Shown in pieces: positions 1 to 9,690 of a stretch of DNA of 64,000 nucleotides. Where the stretch lies: the NCBI GenBank assembly GCA_031409275.1, contig JANNXA010000044.1, positions 45,830 to 109,829 on the forward strand. The letters run 5' to 3'. Source of the stretch: Planctomycetota bacterium (GTDB taxonomy: Bacteria > Planctomycetota > B15-G4 > SIAN01). A model generated the notes under the pieces. The model was not told the origin of the DNA, searched no databases, and saw only the letters and a program-made list of their open reading frames with translations. Position numbers and translations under genes: made by a program. How positions within the stretch are numbered: the first letter of the stretch is position 1; each line of letters begins with the position of its first letter.

Positions 1-1304
1 GACGCCTTCTCCGACAGCTCCAGTTGCGCCGCTACAGCGAGCTCGAGCATCCGCCGGGGATCCCCGCCACGGTGACGGCCGCATGCGGCGTCGCGCCGGT
101 CGACTCGAACGACTGGGTCGATCATCTGTTGCTCGCGGCGGTGGTGCACAACGCGGTCGACTTCCTCGTGACCGAGGATCGCGGCATCCACGCCAAGGCC
201 CGGCGCCTTGCCGTCGCCGATCGGGTCCTCGGAATCGACGACGCCGCCGCTCTCCATCCTCCGGCCGAGACGTTGCCCGGTCGCTTGCCGACGAGCGTCC
301 GGCAGACCGTCGCGCACGAGCTCTCGATCGACGATCCGATCCTCGAGTCGTTTCGCCGGGACTACCCCAAGTTCGATTCCTGGTGGGCGAACTGCCAGAA
401 GGAAGCGCGCACCACCTTCGTCATCGACGGCGACCAGCACGGGGTCGCCGGAATGGCCGTCGTGCACCCCGAGAGCGATTCACCGGGTGGCGTGACCGGC
501 AGGCTGCTGAAGCTCTGCAGCTTCAAGATCAGCGAGCGATTCTCCGGACGAAGGCTCGGCGAGCTGCTGCTGAAGTCCGTCCTGCGCCATGCCCAAGAGC
601 GGGATTTCGATCACTGCTTCGTCACCGTTTTCCCGAAGCACGCCGGCCTCATCGCGCTGTTCGAGGACTTCGGTTTCGAGGAACGCGGGGATTGGGGTGA
701 ACGCGGAGAGAAGTGGTTTGTGAAGCCGCTACGGGAAAACGCGGTGCCGCGGGACCGGCTGGAGGCCCTGAGCGCCTCCGACTTCCACGTCTTGCTCGGC
801 CCCGACCATTTCCGCCGCGACGTGAAGTGGTACCTCGTGCCGATCCAGCCGCGCTACTCCGACATCCTGCTGCAGGAGACCGCCGCACAGGGGGCGCTGT
901 TCGCCACGCAACTTCCGTTCGGCAATGCGCTGCGGAAGGCGTACCTCTGCAATGCACAGATCAAGTCGCTCGAGCCTGGCGACGTGCTCGCGTTCTATCG
1001 GAGCGGCTCACGACAAGGAGTGATCGCGCTCGGTGTTCTCGAACGATCGATCAGGACGGCGTCAACGGAGGTGATCCACCAACTCGTCGCTCGTCGAACG
1101 GTCTACTCCGCGGAGGAGATCGAGGCGAGGCCCGTGAAGCCGGTCCTCGTGCTGCTCTTCCGCCACGCGCACACGTTCCATCCCGAGCTACCGGCCGACA
1201 AGGCAAAGGAAGCCAAGTTGTTCCGCTCCGCGCCGCAGTCCATCATGCGCCTCGGCGCGGAGGGGGTCCGATGGATCGTCGAGCAGATGGCGAAGTTGCG
1301 CTGA
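1..1304 (+). CDS. PIN-domain / GNAT acetyltransferase / C-terminal PUA-like (EVE/ASCH-like) fusion, 5'-partial
   Basis: Frame is open to the window edge. PIN-like tail 'DHLLLAAVVHNAVDFLVTEDRGIH'; GNAT acetyl-CoA motif 'KLCSFKISERFSGRRLGELLLK' and 'LFEDFGF'; C-terminal 'KAYLCNAQIKSLEPGDVLAFYRS'. Confidence 0.75.
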   Translation, partial: RLLRQLQLRRYSELEHPPGIPATVTAACGVAPVDSNDWVDHLLLAAVVHNAVDFLVTEDRGIHAKARRLAVADRVLGIDDAAALHPPAETLPGRLPTSVRQTVAHELSIDDPILESFRRDYPKFDSWWANCQKEARTTFVIDGDQHGVAGMAVVHPESDSPGGVTGRLLKLCSFKISERFSGRRLGELLLKSVLRHAQERDFDHCFVTVFPKHAGLIALFEDFGFEERGDWGERGEKWFVKPLRENAVPRDRLEALSASDFHVLLGPDHFRRDVKWYLVPIQPRYSDILLQETAAQGALFATQLPFGNALRKAYLCNAQIKSLEPGDVLAFYRSGSRQGVIALGVLERSIRTASTEVIHQLVARRTVYSAEEIEARPVKPVLVLLFRHAHTFHPELPADKAKEAKLFRSAPQSIMRLGAEGVRWIVEQMAKLR

Positions 1305-1723
1305 TCTCGGTCAAGCCCGAGTACGCCGAGCGGATCCTCGCGGGCAGCAAACAGGTCGAGTTCCGGCGCGCGGCGTTCGCCCGGAAGGTGACGCACCTCG
1401 TGCTCTACGCGACGAAGCCGACCGGTCGACTCGTCGCGCTCTGCGAGGTGTCGAGGGTGCATCGCGGCGCGCCCGCGGAGCTGTGGAAGAGCTTCGGTTC
1501 GGTCGGCGGGATCGGCGCCGATCGCTACTGGGCCTACTACCGCGGCGCGCCCCGCGCAGTGGCGATCGGCATCGCTTCCGTGCGGCGTCTCGCGGAGGGG
1601 CTCACGCTGCGCGATCTCGGCATCGTCGGGCCGCCACCACAGAGCTACCGCTACGTCGATCGCGCACGAGCGGAACGGCTGCTGACGACCCCACCCAGGA
1701 CCGGAGCGGTCGAAGGACGGTGA
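1271..1723 (+). CDS. ASCH domain protein
   Basis: ATG at 1271 overlaps the upstream gene end; ASCH signature 'LISVKPEYAERILAGSKQVEFRR' and C-terminal 'PPQSYRY'. Confidence 0.85.
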   Translation: MDRRADGEVALISVKPEYAERILAGSKQVEFRRAAFARKVTHLVLYATKPTGRLVALCEVSRVHRGAPAELWKSFGSVGGIGADRYWAYYRGAPRAVAIGIASVRRLAEGLTLRDLGIVGPPPQSYRYVDRARAERLLTTPPRTGAVEGR

Positions 1724-1824
1724 CTTCCCGACGGCCGCGCGATGCGCGCGTGGCGGTAGCGTGACGACCACCGTGCGCCCCACTGCGTTACGCCGCTTCG
1801 CTTCGTCCTGAGGAGCCCCTGCTG

Positions 1825-2625
1825 ATGCCCGACCGCCGCGCCTTCTCCGTCGCGATCTTCGCGCGCCATCGCGGACGAGTACTGCTGATCCATCACAAGC
1901 GGCTCGCGACGTGGCTGCCGGTCGGCGGTGAGGTCGAGGCGGGGGAGACGCCGCTCGAGGCGGCGCGGCGCGAGCTGCGTGAAGAGACGGGGCTTGAAGG
2001 CGAGTTCGTCGAGGCGACCGGCACGACGCGCGTGACCGGCACGCCAGCCGGTCTGCTCGCCTACGAGGAGCACGCGGCGGGCAGCAAGGGGCTGCATATG
2101 AACTTCTGTTTCGTCGCCGACGTCGCGAGCGAGCGGATCGTCAGCGACGACTCGTTCGGCGACCATCGCTGGGTCGACTCAACCGCGGGGATCGATTGCC
2201 CGCCGAACGTGCGCGAGCTGGTGACGATGGCGCTCGCAGCGCCGACAACCGCGAGCGCGGAGGGTCGCGCTTCGCTGGTCGCGCTCACTCGCGCCTGGCT
2301 CGCCGCGTTCAACGCGCGGCAGCTCGAACCGCTGCTGGCGCTGTACGACAACGACGCACGCCACTTCAGCCCGAAGCTGCTGGCGCGCCGGCCCGAGACG
2401 AAGGGGCTGGTCGTCGGCAAGCAGGCGCTGCGCGATTGGTGGGCCGACTGTTTCGAGCGACTGCCCGGTCTCCACTACCAGGAACGAACCATTGCAACGT
2501 CGACCGACGGCCGCGTGCTTCTCGAGTACGAGCGGACGGCGCCGGGCGAGGCGCCGCTGGCGGTCGCCGAGGCCTTCACGGTGAGGGCGGGTCGCATCGT
2601 CGAATCGCGCGTCTACCACGGCTGA
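1825..2625 (+). CDS. NUDIX hydrolase fused to a SnoaL/NTF2-like domain
   Basis: Nudix box 'GGEVEAGETPLEAARRELREETG'; second domain 'WLAAFNARQLEPLLALY...GRIVESRVYHG'; RBS AGGAG. Confidence 0.85.
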   Translation: MPDRRAFSVAIFARHRGRVLLIHHKRLATWLPVGGEVEAGETPLEAARRELREETGLEGEFVEATGTTRVTGTPAGLLAYEEHAAGSKGLHMNFCFVADVASERIVSDDSFGDHRWVDSTAGIDCPPNVRELVTMALAAPTTASAEGRASLVALTRAWLAAFNARQLEPLLALYDNDARHFSPKLLARRPETKGLVVGKQALRDWWADCFERLPGLHYQERTIATSTDGRVLLEYERTAPGEAPLAVAEAFTVRAGRIVESRVYHG

Positions 2626-2638
2626 TCCGCAGCGGACG

Positions 2639-3526
2639 ATGTCACATCGTTACGCTCGCGACATGGTTCGCTTCGCCGTCGCTCTCGTCACCTCGCTGCT
2701 GCTGATCCGTTGCAGCGGCTCCACCGCCAGCTCGGCCGCTGGCTCGGCGGCACCCACGACCATCGAGTTTCGGGTGATGAGCTGCAACGTCCGCTACGGC
2801 ACCGCCGACGACGGACCCGACGCGTGGCCGCTGCGCTGCGAAGCGCTGGCCGATGCCATCACCGCCACCGCGCCCGACGTGCTCGGCGTGCAGGAGGCGC
2901 TCGACTTCCAGGTCGAGTTCCTGGCGCGACGACTGCCCCACCATCGCCGCGTCGGGCAAGGGCGTGACGGCGGCGCGCTCGGCGAGCACGCGGCGCTCTT
3001 CCTCGATGAACGCCTCTTCGAACTGCGCGACCACGGCGACTTCTGGTGGAGCGAGACGCCCGACGTGGTCGCGTCGGTCGGCTGGGACGCGGCGCTGACG
3101 CGGATCTGCACGTGGGCGCGTCTGCGCGTGCGTGCGACCGGTCGCGAACTCCACGTCTGGAACACCCACTTCGACCACCGCGGCGAGCAGGCGCGACTCG
3201 AGAGCGCGCGCCTCATCGCGCGCCGGATCGCAGCGACCGCGGGTCCGCACCTCGTGCTGGGCGATCTCAACTGCGGCGAGACGAGCGCACCGCTCGCCGC
3301 GCTGCGAGCGGCCGGCCTGCGCGACACCTTCCGCGATCGCCACCCCGACACGACCGTCGTCGGCACGTTCCACGCGTTCCGCGGCACCACCACCGGCGAC
3401 AAGATCGACTACGTGCTGGTCGATCGCGGCTTCGAGACGCTCGCCGCCGAACTGCTCACCGCCCCCGCCGCGAACGGCCGCTGGCCGAGTGACCACCACT
3501 TCGTCACGGCGACGCTGCGCTGCTGA
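2639..3526 (+). CDS. Exported endonuclease/exonuclease/phosphatase (EEP) family protein
   Basis: Motifs 'DVLGVQE', 'NTHFDH', 'GDLN', 'KIDYV', 'PSDH'; hydrophobic signal ending in Cys. The start may be the downstream ATG (MVRF). Confidence 0.85.
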   Translation: MSHRYARDMVRFAVALVTSLLLIRCSGSTASSAAGSAAPTTIEFRVMSCNVRYGTADDGPDAWPLRCEALADAITATAPDVLGVQEALDFQVEFLARRLPHHRRVGQGRDGGALGEHAALFLDERLFELRDHGDFWWSETPDVVASVGWDAALTRICTWARLRVRATGRELHVWNTHFDHRGEQARLESARLIARRIAATAGPHLVLGDLNCGETSAPLAALRAAGLRDTFRDRHPDTTVVGTFHAFRGTTTGDKIDYVLVDRGFETLAAELLTAPAANGRWPSDHHFVTATLRC

Positions 3527-3553
3527 CGCGACGCGACGGCGCGCTCCGACTCG

Positions 3554-4147
3554 CTACGAACTCGCCGGCTCGAGCCGCTGCGGGACGCCCGCGTCGTCGA
3601 GGACCAGGATGCGCGTCGACGGCGGGAGGTCGCGTCCGGAGAAGGCGCGCACGACGCGGAAGCGGTGGGCGTCGCGGCGGTCGGGCTCGACGGTCAGCAG
3701 CGGATCGTGATCGGCGCCCAAGAGCGCGCGCACGTCGGCTGCGCTGCGCAGCGCGAGCCGCTCGGCGGCCGCGAAGGCGACGAGATCGTCGGGAAGGAAG
3801 AGGTCGTAGAGGTGCGCGTCGCCGACGCGCGCGAGGAGGTAGCGATCCTCGAGCAGGGCGCCCGCGGCGTCGGGGTGGTTCGGATCGCAGACGGCGTGGA
3901 AATGGAAGAGGGTGACGCCTTCGGGCACCGCGACGCGCGCGCGCAGGAAGTCGAGCCTCGGCGAGCGCTCCTCCGACCAGCCGACGCAGCGCGTGTAGTG
4001 CGGCCGCTTGGCCCACTCGGCGAGCGTGCGACACGCGTCGATGAAGCGGTCGCTCACGGGCCGCGCTGGCGCGGGCTCTTGCGCACCCGGCCGGCTGCAG
4101 GCGGCGAACACCAGGAGCAGCATCAACTGCATCAAGAGCCTCGGCAT
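3554..4147 (-). CDS. Hypothetical lipoprotein
   Basis: Signal peptide with lipobox-like 'LLLVFAAC'; fills the gap after the VTC gene. Confidence 0.55.
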   Translation of the reverse strand: MPRLLMQLMLLLVFAACSRPGAQEPAPARPVSDRFIDACRTLAEWAKRPHYTRCVGWSEERSPRLDFLRARVAVPEGVTLFHFHAVCDPNHPDAAGALLEDRYLLARVGDAHLYDLFLPDDLVAFAAAERLALRSAADVRALLGADHDPLLTVEPDRRDAHRFRVVRAFSGRDLPPSTRILVLDDAGVPQRLEPASS

Positions 4148-4273
4148 GGTGGCGCTCCGGCGCGGGGCAAAGCAGCGACGGCGTCCATCTTCGGCGCGAC
4201 GGGGTGCGACCGCTGTATCGGCAACGTATCGAAACCGCCGGCGCAGGGCAGCGCGCGAGCTCGCGCCGCTCGC

Positions 4274-5041
4274 CTACTTCACCAGCCCCGCGGCTTCGAC
4301 CGCGCGGCAGTACTTGCTCATGCGCTGCAGCTCGACGTTGTGGGAGTTGAGCGCGGCGCAGAGCCAGCTCGGCAGGATGCGGTCGAACTTCACTTCGAGC
4401 ACGCACCACTCGGGCGGCATGAACCACTTGCCACGGGTCGGGTCGCCGCGCAGAGAGAAGTCGTGGGTGCGCCACTTGAGGTTGCGGTCGAGCGTGATGC
4501 GAAGGTCGCGGCGCCACGCGTCGAAGAAGGCGGCGCGGTTGTAGCTGACGATGACCTTTGGTTGCAGCCGCTCGCGCTTGGCCAGCACGTAGACCTCATC
4601 GAGGACCGAGTCGCCTGCCTCGTAGTGGCCGGCGCAGATCGCGCGGATGCGCTCCTCCGCCTGCGCCACCGGCAGGATCGAGCGTCGCTTGGCGACGCCG
4701 AGGTTCAGGCGCTGCTTGATCTCGATGAAGGCGTCGGGCGCATCGGCGCCGTAGGTGCGCACGCGCACCTTGCGGCGGAACTTCTCGCCGTCGAGCTTCT
4801 CCCAGTAGGCGTCGAACCCTGGCGAATCGAGGTAGAGCGAGGTGACCTTGTAGAAGCCGTCCGCTCCGGCGTTGGCGTCGCGCTTCACGTACGGCTCGAT
4901 GGTGTCCAGCACCGCCTGCGCCTGCCGGTGATGCAGCACGTACTTCAACTCGTAGCGGTCGAAGCGCAGCTCGACGCCGCGCTTGGCCGCGGTGACCGGC
5001 GCCGCTTCGCTGCTCCCCGTCGACGACGGCAGCGCGCTCAT
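4274..5041 (-). CDS. VTC-domain (polyphosphate polymerase-like, CYTH fold) protein
   Basis: 'RYELKY', 'SLYLDS', 'RRKVRVRTY', 'FIEIK', 'RITLD', 'LEVKF', 'SKYC'; ATG overlaps the upstream stop (ATGA, 5038-5041). Confidence 0.9.
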   Translation of the reverse strand: MSALPSSTGSSEAAPVTAAKRGVELRFDRYELKYVLHHRQAQAVLDTIEPYVKRDANAGADGFYKVTSLYLDSPGFDAYWEKLDGEKFRRKVRVRTYGADAPDAFIEIKQRLNLGVAKRRSILPVAQAEERIRAICAGHYEAGDSVLDEVYVLAKRERLQPKVIVSYNRAAFFDAWRRDLRITLDRNLKWRTHDFSLRGDPTRGKWFMPPEWCVLEVKFDRILPSWLCAALNSHNVELQRMSKYCRAVEAAGLVK

Positions 5042-7758
5042 GGCGTCCCCTCCACGGCCGGCTTCACCACGAGGCCCGCGCCCTTGCTCTTCTTCGGCAG
5101 CGAGAACTTGCCTTCGGTGACGCACGCCTCGAGCGTCAACGTCGACTCGGCGTCGATCTTCACGTCGGTCTTGTTGCCGCGCAGCGTGCAGCGCACCAGA
5201 TGGCCGAGCCCGCCGCCTTCGTAGCGCCAGTTCTTGTCGTACGACGCCACGCCGGTCAGGCACTCCTCGACGATCGTGTCGCGGATGCGCGGATCGGAGC
5301 CGTCCTTGATGCCGATGCCCGTGACACAACCCGCGAAGCGGCAATCGGAGAGCTCCGGGAACGAGCCCTCGCCGATCGAGATGCCCTTGTCGCCCGCCCC
5401 CACCACGGTCAGCCGCTCGACGTCGACGCGACCGGTCATCATGTCGAGCCCGTCGTTCAGCGGCCGCAGCACCGTGATGTCGCGGATGGTGCCCTGGCAC
5501 AGGTCGAAGTCGATGGCGTCGGCGATCGCGTCCTCGACGCGCACGCGCTCGAAAAGGACGTCATGGCACTTGCCGAGTCGCACCGTGTCGTCGCCGAGCA
5601 GGTTCGCTGCGAAGAAGCTGTCGCGCACGACCAGTCGATCGACGAGGTGCACCGAGAACATCCCGGAGTAGTAGAGGTAGCCGACGGTCGCTTCCGACCC
5701 GCCCACCATCGACACGTGGTCGAGCACGCTGCCATCGCAGCCGTGTCCTTGCAGCGCGATCACCCCGTACGGCTGCGCGGGATCGAGCCGCTCGAAACGC
5801 ACGTCGCGCCAATCGACGCGCGACTGCAGCTGCAGCGAGACGCCCGGCCCGAGCTTCACCACGCTCCCGGCCGCGATCGAGAGCGACTCGCGCGGCCCGA
5901 GCTGCAGCGTCTCCTTCACTTCGACGACACCGCTCCATTCGAGCTGCCGCGGCGTCGGCGGCTCGGCGCGCCGCCAAGGGTGCACCGACTCGACGGCGAG
6001 GAAGCCGTTGGGCGCTCCCTCGTGCACTTCGATCGCGCCGCTGCCCACGGTTCGCTCGGCGCCGATGCCCAGGAGCCGCGGCAGCGCCGCATCGCCCACG
6101 CGCAGCAGGAACGGGCTCTCGAGCGCGGCGAGGCGCGTGAACTCGCGATGCTGCGAGAAGGTGTCCTGTCCCTCGGACGGCCGTTGCTGGTACGACGCGG
6201 TGAAGTCGCGCCCTGCCGGCAGCAGCACCGACGGATCGTCGAGGAGCAGTCGATGGCCTTCGACATGCGCCGCCACACGGCGATCCCCGAGGCTGATCGC
6301 GCCGTTGAAGTCGCGGTCCTCGTAGAGGTCGAACGCGGGCGGCGCCGTCTCGAAATCGAGCGCGACGAGGCGCAGCGACGCGACGGCGGTGGCGTGGAGG
6401 CGCAGGCGCGCGACGCCGTCGATCGGCGCGGCCTGCGCGAACGCGAGCTCCGCCACGGCGTGCTGCTGGCGGACCGTCTGGTGGCGCTCCTCGATCTTGC
6501 GGCGCACGCCGCGGAAGGCGAGTTCGAGCCAGCGGTCGAGCGACACGCTGGCGCGACGCAACGCCTGCTCGGCGCGATCGAGCACGGCGAGCTGCACGCG
6601 CGGCGTCGCTTCGCTGGCGAGCTGCGTGTCGATCAGCGCCGCCACCCGATCGAGGAAACGGGGGTCCTGCGCCAGTCGCAGGAAGAGGCGACTGGCCGTC
6701 GTCTCGACGCCCTGGCCCGCCGGCATGTTGAGCAGCGGATTCCACAGGTAGCCGGAGAGCTTTCCGGCCAGCAGGTCGAGGCCGATCTTCTGGTTGTGCG
6801 AAAGGTCGACGTGCTGGTCACCGTGGTAGCAGAGGATCGCGTAGTAGAGGGCGAAGCTCGGATCGAGCAGCGAGTCGAGCGCATCGAGTCCGTCAGGAGC
6901 TGGATTCGCCGTCGCATCCAGCAGGTCGGAGAGCCACGGCCGCCACGACTCGGGGTACTTGTTCCAGCGCGCTTCCTTCTCCCACAAGTAGGGATTCCAC
7001 GACAGCTCCCACGACGAGGAGGAGGGCACGTCGGGCACGAAGAGCTCGCCGTAAAAGAGGTCGCCGGGCATCTCGCCGACGCGACGCAGGAACGATTCGT
7101 CGACCTGCTCTTCCAGCAGGTAGACGCCCTCGTCCTCGAGGTTCACGTAGAGATGGACCAGACGCGTGAGCGGCGCCGGCAGACCGTGCGCGCGCGCCAG
7201 CTCGAAGGTGATGAGGCTCGCGAGGCGGTCTTCGAGCGGCGTCAGGTTCAGCACGCGCTGTCCGCCGACGAACTCGCGTTTCTTGGTGCGCAGCTTCCAT
7301 GACTTGCGCGCGAAGAAGTAGTTCTCCATGCGCTGGCCGCGCCAGTTGGCGTCGACCTCGAAGTTCTGGTCGCCGTTCACCGTCAGCACGCCGCGCTGCT
7401 TCGCGCGCGCCGATTCGGGGAGGTCGGCGGCGAGCGCGTCGATCGAGCTGCCGTCGACGCGCAGGTCGTAGACGTCGACGCCGTCGTCCGGGGCCGCGGC
7501 GTCGACCGCGATCGCCGGCACCGGCCGCTTGAGCGGCAGGAAGCGGCGCGAGCGCGAGCCGAAGACGTCGCGAATCGAACGCTGCACCATCGTCCGCAGC
7601 GTGCCGACGCGCAGGTCGCGCACCAGTTCGCCGTGGAAATTGCGGATCTCTGCGTTCCAGAAGCTGCCGAGCGCGGCGATCCACAGCCACACCGACACCG
7701 CCAGGAACGGCAGCGTCAGCAGCACGACGTCGCGCAGCAGGTTCCGGGAGCGACGCAT
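5038..7758 (-). CDS. Membrane-anchored CotH-kinase-family protein with a C-terminal right-handed beta-helix
   Basis: N-terminal TM; CotH-like 'WRGQ..KSWKL', 'VHLYVNLEDEGVYLLEEQVD'; parallel beta-helix repeats 'DAIDFD', 'NDGLDM', 'GDKGISIGEGS'. Confidence 0.8.
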   Translation of the reverse strand: MRRSRNLLRDVVLLTLPFLAVSVWLWIAALGSFWNAEIRNFHGELVRDLRVGTLRTMVQRSIRDVFGSRSRRFLPLKRPVPAIAVDAAAPDDGVDVYDLRVDGSSIDALAADLPESARAKQRGVLTVNGDQNFEVDANWRGQRMENYFFARKSWKLRTKKREFVGGQRVLNLTPLEDRLASLITFELARAHGLPAPLTRLVHLYVNLEDEGVYLLEEQVDESFLRRVGEMPGDLFYGELFVPDVPSSSSWELSWNPYLWEKEARWNKYPESWRPWLSDLLDATANPAPDGLDALDSLLDPSFALYYAILCYHGDQHVDLSHNQKIGLDLLAGKLSGYLWNPLLNMPAGQGVETTASRLFLRLAQDPRFLDRVAALIDTQLASEATPRVQLAVLDRAEQALRRASVSLDRWLELAFRGVRRKIEERHQTVRQQHAVAELAFAQAAPIDGVARLRLHATAVASLRLVALDFETAPPAFDLYEDRDFNGAISLGDRRVAAHVEGHRLLLDDPSVLLPAGRDFTASYQQRPSEGQDTFSQHREFTRLAALESPFLLRVGDAALPRLLGIGAERTVGSGAIEVHEGAPNGFLAVESVHPWRRAEPPTPRQLEWSGVVEVKETLQLGPRESLSIAAGSVVKLGPGVSLQLQSRVDWRDVRFERLDPAQPYGVIALQGHGCDGSVLDHVSMVGGSEATVGYLYYSGMFSVHLVDRLVVRDSFFAANLLGDDTVRLGKCHDVLFERVRVEDAIADAIDFDLCQGTIRDITVLRPLNDGLDMMTGRVDVERLTVVGAGDKGISIGEGSFPELSDCRFAGCVTGIGIKDGSDPRIRDTIVEECLTGVASYDKNWRYEGGGLGHLVRCTLRGNKTDVKIDAESTLTLEACVTEGKFSLPKKSKGAGLVVKPAVEGTP

Positions 7759-7759
7759 C

Positions 7760-8863
7760 TCAGTCGCCCCCTTCCGCGGGAGCGAGGTTCGCGCGCGCCT
7801 TGCGGATCGTGCGCTGCGCCTTCGCCGACAGCTTCGGCGCGGCACACGAGTACGTCAGCGTCACACGCGCCACTTCATCGCCCGGCACGCCGGTGAAGAG
7901 CTCCGCGTAGGCGTTCACGCCGGAACCTTCGCGATGGAGGTAGCCGATCCTGGGCAGACGGTCCTCGACCCGCCCATCGCGCCGCTCGACGGCCATCGCA
8001 TCGATCGTGAAGCCGTCCCACAGCTGATCGAGCCGCAGCTGCACCACCAGCTCGTCATGCCAGGGCCACGGCTCGAACATGGCCGCCGGGAACTCGACGC
8101 TGCAACGCTCGCCGCGCGGCATCCCCCACTTCTCTTCGTGGCGAAAGAAGCGGCCATGCTCGACCGGGATGCCCACCGCGCCGAGCACCTTGCGCTCGAG
8201 CGACGAGCGCGGGATGCCGACCTTCAGCGTCGCCTTGGGCGCGGCGCGAATCAGGGCCCGCTCCCATTCATCAGCAACCCAGCCGATCTCCGCGAACGCG
8301 TTGATCTCGCCAAGGCACGCCAGGTAGTCCTCGATCACGCCAGGGTGATGCAACGTCAGCTCGAAGGCGCGGCGCAGCGATTTCGCGGCGTCGGCGTACT
8401 CGGCCTCCGACTCGAGCGCGCGCCCTTGCGCCCACCAGAGCGGGTAGTCCAGCGGCAGCCGCTCGAGCAGCGGCGTCAGCGCTTCGGCGCCACGCTTGGC
8501 GCGGCCCTCGCGAGTGTGGAGTTCGGCCAGCAGGACTCCGGCGTCGCTGACCGCATGCGACCAGAGCTGCGCGGGCTGGATCTTCGGGTGCTGGGCGAGG
8601 AAGCGTTCGAGACGGACGCGGGCCGCCGCCACTCCGCCATCGCCCGCCCCCGCCTCGACGCGCGCCGCCGCGACCTCCTCGAAGGTCCGCTCGTAGAACC
8701 AGGCGCGCGCGGCGATCGTGAGGCCGAGATCGACGTCGTCGGGAACGAATGCGACGTAGGCCCACAACCCGCCGCCCAACACGAGGACGAGCAGGAGGTA
8801 GAGCGCCGCCAGCCAGCGCCGATGCCGGTAGGCGAGCGTGCGGAGATGGAGGAGCGTGGCCAA
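7760..8863 (-). CDS. Membrane-anchored TPR-like protein
   Basis: One N-terminal TM, helical TPR-like segment 'LWWAQGRALESEAEYADAAKSLRRAFEL'; its stop lies 1 bp from the CotH start. Confidence 0.65.
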   Translation of the reverse strand: MATLLHLRTLAYRHRRWLAALYLLLVLVLGGGLWAYVAFVPDDVDLGLTIAARAWFYERTFEEVAAARVEAGAGDGGVAAARVRLERFLAQHPKIQPAQLWSHAVSDAGVLLAELHTREGRAKRGAEALTPLLERLPLDYPLWWAQGRALESEAEYADAAKSLRRAFELTLHHPGVIEDYLACLGEINAFAEIGWVADEWERALIRAAPKATLKVGIPRSSLERKVLGAVGIPVEHGRFFRHEEKWGMPRGERCSVEFPAAMFEPWPWHDELVVQLRLDQLWDGFTIDAMAVERRDGRVEDRLPRIGYLHREGSGVNAYAELFTGVPGDEVARVTLTYSCAAPKLSAKAQRTIRKARANLAPAEGGD

Positions 8864-8881
8864 GCGGCGCTCGCGGCGCGG

Positions 8882-9577
8882 CTAGAGCTGAATCTGCGAA
8901 TGGCCCATCACGAGCTGCGCATGGACCGATCCATGCACGGCGCGCAACGCAGCCAGCAGCGCCTGCTCCCCGCCCGCCTTGCGCGGCGTCACCGACCAGA
9001 CCACTTCGACCTTGCCCGAGCCGTCACTATCGACGGAGAGCAGATCGGAGGCCTGCAGATGCGCGTAGAAGGCCTCGTTGAAGACGGTGTGGTAATCGAC
9101 CTTCTCGTCGACCAGCAGCTTGAGCAGCAGCTCGACGTTCGGACGCGCGCCGACGTTGAAGCGCGCGAGGAAGTAGATCATCGCGCTGACCAGCAGCGTG
9201 AAGATCAGCGCGACGGCACCGAAGCCGGTGCCGCACGCCATGCCGATCGCGGTGGTGAGGAAGTAGAAGGCGACATCGCGACTCTCCTTCACCGCGTTGC
9301 GGAAGCGGATGATGGAGAGCGCACCCACCAGGCTGAAGGCGCGCGCGATGTTGGTGCCGATGATCCCCATCATCAGCGAGACGACCACCGCCATGATGAT
9401 CATGGTGTGGACGGACGACTGCGAGTAGGACGGGCCGGCGTGCGTCATCTTGTAGACGTAGCCGATAAACATCGAGAGCAGGAACGCCCAGATGACGGCG
9501 CGCAGCATGTCGAGCACCGGCAAGGTGTCGACGAACCCGCTCGTGGGAAGCAGTTGGTGGAAGAAGTCGGAAAGCAC
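8882..9577 (-). CDS. DUF4956 family membrane protein
   Basis: Signature 'NIARAFSLVGALSIIRFRNAVKESRD...AIGMACGTG'. Confidence 0.9.
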   Translation of the reverse strand: MLSDFFHQLLPTSGFVDTLPVLDMLRAVIWAFLLSMFIGYVYKMTHAGPSYSQSSVHTMIIMAVVVSLMMGIIGTNIARAFSLVGALSIIRFRNAVKESRDVAFYFLTTAIGMACGTGFGAVALIFTLLVSAMIYFLARFNVGARPNVELLLKLLVDEKVDYHTVFNEAFYAHLQASDLLSVDSDGSGKVEVVWSVTPRKAGGEQALLAALRAVHGSVHAQLVMGHSQIQL

Positions 9578-9690
9578 CGGTGGCGCGCTCCTGGAACTGA
9601 GTCGTCAAGACTGCGTGAAGATCGACCGGATGGTAGCCCCGGTTTGAGGAACTTCCCCCGGACCGCCGCGGGGAACACGAGGAGACCGCC

